Assembly (NCBI RefSeq): GCF_042660085.1
Contig: NZ_JBHSTI010000008.1
Span: forward strand, 1,899,876-1,931,875
Direction: 5' to 3'
Source of the DNA: Longivirga aurantiaca
GTDB lineage: Bacteria; Actinomycetota; Actinomycetes; S36-B12; CAIYMF01
DNA: 32,000 nucleotides
Part shown: one piece after another, positions 26,275-32,000 of the stretch
Position numbering within the stretch: position 1 is the first letter of the stretch
How the letters are laid out: each line of letters begins with the position of its first letter
The notes under the pieces: model-generated
The model's database searches: none
Seen by the model: only the letters and a program-made list of their open reading frames with translations
Told to the model about the DNA's origin: nothing
Made by a program: the position numbers and the translations under genes

Positions 26275-27798
26275 ATGACCACCAGCACGGGCACCCGGCG
26301 CGCCGGGCGGTCATCCACCCGCAGCAGCTCGGCCCTCGCGGTCGGCGGCCTCGTGGCCGCCCTCGCCCTCGCCGCGTGCGGCACCGAGGTGGCGGGCGGC
26401 TCCGCCTCGGGCCTCGCCCCGCTGCGCATCGGTAGCGCGGCAGGCGCGCAGCCGGCCGCAGACTCCAGCGGCGGCAAGCTCGCCTCGGGCTGGACGCTCG
26501 ACGGCACGCTCCCCGCCGGCCCCGGCAGCGGACCGGTGCTCCGGTTCACCGGCGCGCCCGGCGAGGACGACGTGCGCGCCCTGGCGGCCGCGCTCGGTCT
26601 CACGGCAGCGCCTGACAAGCGCGCGCACGGCTGGGTGGTCGACGGGCCCACCGGCGAGCTGCGCGTCCGCAGCGACGCCTCCGGCCAGTGGTCGTTCGCC
26701 CGCACCATCGACTGCCCGACGTACTACGTCGACGTGGACTCCAGCGACGGCAACACCGGCGTCTCCTGCGCGGTGGCCGAGTCTCCGGGCGCGGCGTCCG
26801 ACCTTCCCCTGCTGACCGACGACGCGGCGCTCGCCGCGGCCGCCCCGGTGCTCGCAGCCGCGGGCGTCTCCGCCTCGCCGCGGGTGCTCGCCGGTGCGGG
26901 CGGGCAGAGCGGCACCGTGGCCGTCGTCGTCGCCGACCCGACCGTCGCCGACCTGCCCACCTCGGGCCTGCGCAGCGTCGTCGACGTCGACGCGCAGGGC
27001 GTGCTCGGAGCGACGGGCTGGCTCGGCGACCTCAGCACCGACGGCGACTACCCCGTCGTGTCGGCGCGGACGGCGTTCGACCGGCTCGACGCGATGCCGC
27101 GGGCGCTCGCCGACATCGGCTGCCCCGAGATCGCGCCCGGGCCGATGGAGTCGCCGGCCGACGACCCGATGCCCATCCCCTGCAAGGTCGATCCGCTCGT
27201 GATCACGGGCGCAACCTTCGGCCTCATGCTCAACTGGGAGGACCGGACCCCGATCCTCGTGCCGGCGTGGCTGTTCGACGTGACGGGCTGGGACGACCCC
27301 ATGGCGCAGGTGGCTGTGGCCGACCAGTACCTCGCCGACCCGACGCCGCTCCCGGAGCCCTCGACCGGCACCGGCGGCGGCAGTGCCATCCCGCCCGACC
27401 CCGGCACCCCGGAGACCCCGGTGGCACCGCCGACCGAGGAGCCCGGCGTCGAGCCCGGTGGCAGCGGCGGCGGCAGCGACCCGTCCACGGGCCCCGGCGG
27501 AGGCGGCCAGCCGGGAGTCGAGACCCCCGCGGTGGAGAAAGCGTTCCTCGACACCAACGGCACCACGATGGCGCTGACCGGCTGGGGCGGCGTGTGCGCG
27601 GAGTACTCCGCCGTCGTCGACGAGAGCTCCACGACCGTGAAGGTGCAGATCGTCGGCCGCTCGACCCTCGGCCCCGACGAGGCGTGCATCGAGATCGCGC
27701 AGGAGCTCAAGGTGCTGGTCGAGCTCGACTCGCCGCTCGGCAGCCGCACTGTGGTCGACGCCACGACCGGTCTCCCCGTCCCCGTCACCCGCACCTGA
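26275..27798 (+). CDS. Secreted lipoprotein of unknown function with Pro/Gly-rich linker
   Basis: ATG 26275 follows GGGAGG. Lipobox LALAAC. There are three spaced Cys pairs, a PTPLPEPSTGTGGG...GGGQPGVETP linker and a small C-terminal beta-rich domain. Confidence 0.7.
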   Translation: MTTSTGTRRAGRSSTRSSSALAVGGLVAALALAACGTEVAGGSASGLAPLRIGSAAGAQPAADSSGGKLASGWTLDGTLPAGPGSGPVLRFTGAPGEDDVRALAAALGLTAAPDKRAHGWVVDGPTGELRVRSDASGQWSFARTIDCPTYYVDVDSSDGNTGVSCAVAESPGAASDLPLLTDDAALAAAAPVLAAAGVSASPRVLAGAGGQSGTVAVVVADPTVADLPTSGLRSVVDVDAQGVLGATGWLGDLSTDGDYPVVSARTAFDRLDAMPRALADIGCPEIAPGPMESPADDPMPIPCKVDPLVITGATFGLMLNWEDRTPILVPAWLFDVTGWDDPMAQVAVADQYLADPTPLPEPSTGTGGGSAIPPDPGTPETPVAPPTEEPGVEPGGSGGGSDPSTGPGGGGQPGVETPAVEKAFLDTNGTTMALTGWGGVCAEYSAVVDESSTTVKVQIVGRSTLGPDEACIEIAQELKVLVELDSPLGSRTVVDATTGLPVPVTRT

Positions 27799-27818
27799 CC
27801 CCTCGCCGCCCACCCAGG

Positions 27819-27857
27819 TCGATCCGTGGTCTCCCGGGCTGGGAGACGACGGATCGA
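27819..27857 (+). terminator. Hairpin 21 nt after the lipoprotein stop (17-bp stem, one mismatch)
   Basis: TCGATCCGTGGTCTCCC-gggct-GGGAGACGACGGATCGA. Confidence 0.5.
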
Positions 27858-27882
27858 TCAGGCTCGGCGAGGTGGGTGGACG

Positions 27883-27918
27883 ACGAAGGGCCGCACCCTC
27901 GCGGGTGCGGCCCTTCGT
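27883..27918 (-). terminator. Perfect 16-bp hairpin 14 nt after the erpA-like stop
   Basis: ACGAAGGGCCGCACCC-tcgc-GGGTGCGGCCCTTCGT, all pairs checked. Confidence 0.6.
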
Positions 27919-27931
27919 GATGTCTGGCGGT

Positions 27932-28297
27932 CTAGCTGAACGAGTCGCCGCAGGCGCAGGATCCGCCGGCGTTCGGGTTGTCGATGGTGAAGCCCTGCTT
28001 CTCGATCGTGTCGACGAAGTCGACCGTGGCGCCGGTGAGGTACGGGGCGCTCATGCGGTCGGTGACGACCTTGACGGTGCCGAACTCCTTGACGATGTCG
28101 CCGTCGAGCGAGCGGTCGTCGAAGAAGAGCTGGTAGCGCAGGCCCGAGCAGCCACCGGGCTGGACGGCGACGCGCAGCGAGAGGTCCTCGCGGCCCTCCT
28201 GCGCGAGCAGGGCGGCCACCTTGGACGACGCGGTGTCGGTGAGCAGGATGCCGTCGGAGACGGGGGTCGAGGTCTCGATCGTGACGTCGGCGGTCAT
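27932..28297 (-). CDS. erpA: HesB/IscA-family iron-sulfur cluster insertion protein (ErpA-like, Rv2204c-like)
   Basis: 121 aa with GGCSGLRY and C-terminal GGSCACGDSFS cysteine motifs. Confidence 0.88.
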   Translation of the reverse strand: MTADVTIETSTPVSDGILLTDTASSKVAALLAQEGREDLSLRVAVQPGGCSGLRYQLFFDDRSLDGDIVKEFGTVKVVTDRMSAPYLTGATVDFVDTIEKQGFTIDNPNAGGSCACGDSFS

Positions 28298-28421
28298 GCG
28301 GCGGTCCTCCGTGATGCGACTGGTCGTACCGGTACGTCAGGGCCAACCGGGCCACCCGGCGTCGTATTCCCGCCGGGTGAGGGCACCCTCACCGGACCCA
28401 TGGTGCCATGCCGGGGGCCGG

Positions 28422-29573
28422 TCAGCCCGTTCCGCCCCAGGTGCGGGCCGCCCGCTCGGCCAGCGCGGCGAGATGGTCCGCCGGCCGGACGAACGCGTCC
28501 GACTCCGGGAGACCCCGCTCGCGCAGGTCGTCGACGACGGCGAATGCGCCGCTGACGCCCGTCGCGGCGTACTCCCGGCGTCCGACCTCGACCCTGCCCG
28601 CGAGCACGACGCAGGCCCGGCCGTGGGCGAGCGCAGCCTCCGCGACGCCCGCGACGACCTTGCCCCGCAGGCTCTGCCAGTCGAACGAGCCCTCCCCCGT
28701 CACCACGAGGTCGGCGTCGGCGGCCAGCGCCTCGAACCCGACCGTCTCCAGCACGGTCGCGATCCCGGGCACCCGGCTCGCGTCGAGGTGCAGCAGCCCG
28801 TAGCCGAGCCCGCCGGCGGCACCCGCACCGAGCGCGACGGCCGGGTCCTTGCCGTCGGGGCGCCGTCCGACCACCTCGACGAGGTGCTCGAGCGTGCCCT
28901 CGAGCTCCATCACCGCGCCGTCGTCCGCGCCCTTCTGCCGGGCGAACCCGTTGGCCGCCCCGCGCAGGCCGAGCAGGGGGTTGTCGACGTCCGACGCCAG
29001 GAAGAGCTCGACGCCGTGGACGGACGCCCGGGCAGGAGCGAGGTCGACCGACAGCACCGACCGCAGGGCGGAGGCCCCCTCGGCCAGCAGCGCGGTCACG
29101 TCGTTGCCCTCGGCGCCCTCGGCGGTGGCGCCGAGAGCGGCCAGCATGCCGATGCCGGCGTCGTTCGTCGCACTGCCGCCGAGCCCGACGACCACCCGCG
29201 ACACGCCCTCGCGCACCGCGGCGGCGATGAGCTCGCCCACGCCGTACGTCGTGGCGCGCACGGGATCGCGGAGCTCGACCGGCACGAGGTGCAGACCGCA
29301 GGCCTCCGCGGACTCGACGTACGCCGTGCCGCCCACCACGAGGATCGACGCGTCCACCGGCAGGCCGAGCGGGCCGGTGACCTCGAGCCGGACGCGGCGG
29401 CCGCCGAGCGCCGCGGCGAGCGCGTCGAGGAAGCCGGGTCCGCCGTCCGCCAGGGGCAGCTGGGTGATCTCGTCGTGGGGCGCGGTGCGCAGCCACCCGG
29501 CGGTGATGGCGGCGGCCGCCTCGACCGCGGAGAGGGTGCCGGCGAACTTGTCGGGCGCGACGAGGACCTTCAC
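28422..29573 (-). CDS. Glycerate kinase
   Basis: GTG 29573 gives (V)KVLVAPDKFAGTLSAVEAA..., the typical glycerate kinase N-terminus, followed by GGSATNDAG and VVTGEGSFDWQSLRGK. The track ORF to 29840 is over-extended. Confidence 0.85.
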   Translation of the reverse strand: MKVLVAPDKFAGTLSAVEAAAAITAGWLRTAPHDEITQLPLADGGPGFLDALAAALGGRRVRLEVTGPLGLPVDASILVVGGTAYVESAEACGLHLVPVELRDPVRATTYGVGELIAAAVREGVSRVVVGLGGSATNDAGIGMLAALGATAEGAEGNDVTALLAEGASALRSVLSVDLAPARASVHGVELFLASDVDNPLLGLRGAANGFARQKGADDGAVMELEGTLEHLVEVVGRRPDGKDPAVALGAGAAGGLGYGLLHLDASRVPGIATVLETVGFEALAADADLVVTGEGSFDWQSLRGKVVAGVAEAALAHGRACVVLAGRVEVGRREYAATGVSGAFAVVDDLRERGLPESDAFVRPADHLAALAERAARTWGGTG

Positions 29574-29682
29574 GCGATCGACCGTACCGGGGCGGAAGCA
29601 GCGAGTCGTCGGCGGTGTTGAGGAGTGCAGCGGATCGGGCGGCGCCCCGCACCGGCCGAGGCACGTCTGGGAGGATGACCCC

Positions 29683-30888
29683 GTGAGCACCGAGAGCTTC
29701 GTAGAGCCCACCCCGACCCCGCTCGCCCTCCTCCTGCTCGGCCGCGGCGCCGACCCGGACTCCGAGCGCGGCGTCGAGTGCCCGGGCGACCTCCCCGCCG
29801 CCAGCGACCCCGGCCTCGTGGACCGCGCCCGTGCGGCCAAGGCTGCGCTCGGCGACCGCGTGTTCGTCCTCGGTCACCACTACCAGCGCGACGAGGTGAT
29901 CCAGTTCGCCGACGTCACCGGCGACTCGTTCAAGCTCGCCCGCGACGCCGCGGCCCGCCCCGACGCCGAGTTCGTCGTCTTCTGCGGCGTGCACTTCATG
30001 GCCGAGAGCGCGGACATCCTCACCGGGCCGGACCAGGCCGTGATCCTCCCCGACCTCGCCGCGGGCTGCTCGATGGCGGACATGGCCGCGATCGGGCAGG
30101 TCGAGGACGCGTGGGACGTGCTCGCCGACGCCGGCATCACCGACGTGACGATCCCGATCACTTACATGAACTCCACCGCCGCGATCAAGGCGTTCACCGG
30201 TCGCAACCGCGGTGCCGTGTGCACGTCGTCCAACGCGCAGCGTGCGCTCGAGTGGGCCTTCGAGCAGGGCGAGAAGGTCTTCTTCCTGCCCGATCAGCAC
30301 CTCGGCCGCAACACCGCGGTGCTCGAGCTCGGGCTCTCGCTCGACGACTGCGTGCTCTACGACCCGCACAAGCCGCAGGGCGGCCTCACCGCCGACGAGC
30401 TGCGCGCCGCGAAGGTGATCCTCTGGAAGGGCCACTGCTCGGTGCACGGCCGCTTCGCCCTCGAGTCCGTCGTCGACGTCCGCGAGCGCATCCCCGGCGT
30501 CAACGTGCTCGTGCACCCCGAGTGCAAGCACGAGGTGGTCACCGCCGCCGACTACGTGGGCTCGACCGAGTTCATCATCAAGACCCTCGACGCCGCCCCC
30601 GCGGGCAGCGCCTGGGCGATCGGCACCGAGCTCAACCTCGTGAAGCGCCTCGCCCTCGCGCACCCCGACAAGCAGGTGGTCTTCCTCGACAAGACCGTCT
30701 GCTTCTGCGCGACGATGAACCGCATCGACCTGCCGCACCTGGTGTGGGCGCTCGAGAACCTCGTCGAGGGCAACGTCGTCAACCGGATCGAGGTCGATCC
30801 GGACGTGGCGCACTGGGCCAAGGTCGCGCTCGACCGCATGCTCGCGCTGCCCGGCGTCGGCGCAACCCCCGCTCACGCCCAGGACTGA
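29683..30888 (+). CDS. nadA: Quinolinate synthase
   Basis: GTG 29683 follows GGGAGGA. Motifs VFVLGHHYQRDEVIQFADVTGDSFKLA, FCGVHFMAESADIL, WKGHCSVH and HPEC. No nadB or nadC is adjacent. Confidence 0.9.
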   Translation: MSTESFVEPTPTPLALLLLGRGADPDSERGVECPGDLPAASDPGLVDRARAAKAALGDRVFVLGHHYQRDEVIQFADVTGDSFKLARDAAARPDAEFVVFCGVHFMAESADILTGPDQAVILPDLAAGCSMADMAAIGQVEDAWDVLADAGITDVTIPITYMNSTAAIKAFTGRNRGAVCTSSNAQRALEWAFEQGEKVFFLPDQHLGRNTAVLELGLSLDDCVLYDPHKPQGGLTADELRAAKVILWKGHCSVHGRFALESVVDVRERIPGVNVLVHPECKHEVVTAADYVGSTEFIIKTLDAAPAGSAWAIGTELNLVKRLALAHPDKQVVFLDKTVCFCATMNRIDLPHLVWALENLVEGNVVNRIEVDPDVAHWAKVALDRMLALPGVGATPAHAQD

Positions 30889-30917
30889 CCCGCAGCTCTC
30901 ACGTCATGATTGCCGCC

Positions 30918-30970
30918 TTTGTTCGGCTCTATTGGATGAAGGTCGCCTTCATCCAATAGAGCCGAACAAA
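30918..30970. repeat. Perfect 53-nt low-GC palindrome (copy B, intact member of the repeat family), probable bidirectional terminator
   Basis: TTTGTTCGGCTCTATTGGATGAAGG-tcg-CCTTCATCCAATAGAGCCGAACAAA has 25-nt perfect arms. It sits in the 106-nt gap between convergent nadA and the 30995..31591 gene. Confidence 0.8.
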
Positions 30971-30994
30971 TCCGGCCTTCATCAAGACGCGCTG

Positions 30995-31591
30995 CTAGAG
31001 GCCGGGGGCGCCCCAGACGGCGAACCAGCGGCCGGTGTCGCGCTCCATGCGCAGGTCGTCCGCCAGCAGGTCGCGCAGCTGGATCTCGAGCAGGTTGTCG
31101 CGCTGCTGCACGGGCGCGCCCTCGATCGTCCGGCCGGTGCCCACCATCGGCGCGAACGGGTAGAACGTGCCCTGCTTGAAGAGGTACACGAGCCCGAGCG
31201 TGCGGGCGCCGTCGGTGAACGTGACCAGCGAGCACAGCAGCGTCGAGCCGAAGCCGGAGTCCTGCAGCGTCGTGTTGACCGCGTGCAGGTCGGTCACGAG
31301 CGACGACACGTCCGGCGGGTCGGTGCGTACGACGAGCCACGTGTAGCCGTACGAGTCGACGTCCACCTCCACCTTCGGCCCGCCGCCGGCGTCGAGCAGC
31401 TGCTGCACCTCGGCCTGGATGTCGGCGAAGGCGCGCCCCTCGGGCGCGCGGAACGCGACGGCTCCGGACCCGACGGCGTGGAACCCCAACGAGGCCTCGA
31501 GCGTGACGGCCGCCGACGGCAGCCCGAAGAGGTTGTCGAGGTCGGGCTTGGCCGGCTTGCTGCGCCCGAGGATCGAGTCGAACAGTCCCAT
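30995..31591 (-). CDS. Conserved actinobacterial protein of unknown function
   Basis: ATG 31591 follows GGGGGAGAG. The N-terminus is MGLFDSILGRSKPAKPDLDNLFGLPSAAVTLE. I weakly recall similar N-termini annotated as PspA-associated protein PspAB; this is unverified. Confidence 0.6.
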   Translation of the reverse strand: MGLFDSILGRSKPAKPDLDNLFGLPSAAVTLEASLGFHAVGSGAVAFRAPEGRAFADIQAEVQQLLDAGGGPKVEVDVDSYGYTWLVVRTDPPDVSSLVTDLHAVNTTLQDSGFGSTLLCSLVTFTDGARTLGLVYLFKQGTFYPFAPMVGTGRTIEGAPVQQRDNLLEIQLRDLLADDLRMERDTGRWFAVWGAPGL

Positions 31592-31700
31592 GCCCCCACT
31601 CTCCCCCATCCGTCGGCGCGGCACAGTTCGGCGTGCGCCGGGACGCGCACGGCTCGGGTCCGTCCCCGGCGGCGGCGCCGGCGTCGGTGATACTTCCTAC

Positions 31701-32000
31701 GTGAAGCGCATCCTTCCCGTGACCGTGGCGATGTCCGTCCTGCTGCTCACCGCCTGCGCATCGGGATCGGCCGACCTCGGCACCTCCGCGACGCCGGCCG
31801 CGTCGTCGTCGCAGGAGTCGGGGGCACCGAGCACGGCACCGGCCGCGGGCACCGTGGTCACCGGCGAGCGCACGTACTCCGGGCTGGCGCAGGACCACGT
31901 CGACGGCACGGTCGACTACCCGCAGTCCCCGCCGGTCGGCGGGGCGCACAGCCCGGTGTGGGCCGCCTGCGACGGACGGGTCTACGACGCGGCGATCCCG
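31701..32000 (+). CDS. Lipoprotein, DUF3105-like (3' end outside the window)
   Basis: GTG 31701. Lipobox LLLTAC and a Ser/Ala/Pro linker, then HVDGTVDYPQSPPVGGAHSPVW..GRVY, which resembles the DUF3105 core. The frame is open to the window end. Confidence 0.6.
   Translation, partial: MKRILPVTVAMSVLLLTACASGSADLGTSATPAASSSQESGAPSTAPAAGTVVTGERTYSGLAQDHVDGTVDYPQSPPVGGAHSPVWAACDGRVYDAAIP

Noticed and set aside
28376-28393. Hairpin GGTGAGGG-ca-CCCTCACC after glycerate kinase
   Set aside because: The stem is only 8 bp with a 2-nt loop, so it is effectively shorter. That is too weak to list as a terminator with confidence.
29574-29682. Search for an NAD riboswitch or NrtR/NiaR-type operator upstream of nadA
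   Set aside because: I could recognise no conserved nadA-motif elements or convincing palindromic operator. The region is an ordinary GC-rich divergent promoter region.
28294-30876. 860-aa minus-strand ORF spanning glycerate kinase and antisense to nadA
   Set aside because: It is an Arg/Gly-rich artefact. Glycerate kinase (28422..29573) and nadA (29683..30888) account for the DNA.
30918-30970. Integron attC-site interpretation of the palindrome (GTTCGGC ... GCCGAAC ends)
   Set aside because: The ends do not fit the RYYYAAC / GTTRRRY core sites, and their order is reversed. The arms are perfectly paired, without the extrahelical bases typical of attC. No integrase or cassette array is nearby.
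26154-30986. Resemblance of CGGATGCG...CCTTATCCG (26154-26175) and ATCCGGCCT (30970-30978) to the enterobacterial REP consensus
   Set aside because: The comparison rests on a remembered consensus from a distant phylum and on short GC-rich words. I treat it as coincidence and do not claim homology. Only the within-window similarity is used.
1-32000. CRISPR arrays, tRNA/rRNA genes, IS elements, prophage or defence islands
   Set aside because: I noticed no regularly spaced direct repeats, no cloverleaf-like or rRNA-like segments, and no transposase, integrase, nuclease-ATPase or other defence-type ORFs. Every sizeable gene is housekeeping-like, which argues against an accessory island.

Overview
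Very GC-rich actinobacterial chromosome segment. Protein motifs and gene order look Micrococcales/Cellulomonas-like, but the taxon cannot be proven from the sequence alone. This is essentially a conserved core region. It holds a NarL-type two-component pair, an orphan Flp pilin and a riboswitch-led envelope-hydrolase operon (RipC-like NlpC/P60, MA-clan lipoprotein peptidase, M48 peptidase). It also holds a family III CoA-transferase, a DEDD-exonuclease/GIY-YIG fusion, a RAM-only Lrp/AsnC protein, trpD and the respiratory operons ctaE-qcrCAB and ctaCDF. The rest comprises an L,D-transpeptidase, cysteine desulfurase plus TusA-like protein, aat, an adenosine-kinase-like PfkB, ErpA/IscA, glycerate kinase and nadA. 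From memory, the order resembles the mycobacterial Rv2190c-Rv2205c neighbourhood. I see no rRNA/tRNA, CRISPR array, transposase/integrase, prophage or recognisable defence genes. I do not find a convincing novel multi-gene system, and I say so rather than force one. Five things deserve a second look. (1) A ydaO-class (c-di-AMP) riboswitch sits ahead of the RipC-like gene and probably ahead of three chained hydrolases. (2) A family of AT-richer palindromic repeats occupies four intergenic loci (11112, 11473, 26144, 30918), including a perfect 53-nt palindrome; two copies bracket the tiny RAM-domain gene. (3) An ECF sigma gene is truncated to region 2, next to one repeat copy. (4) An orphan Flp pilin has repeated GTCAC half-sites upstream. 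(5) Several small or atypical proteins are present: a Cys4 mini-protein, a pseudo-receiver and a 2-TM protein after qcrB. Many long ORFs in the six-frame track are alternate-frame artefacts of high GC and are rejected.
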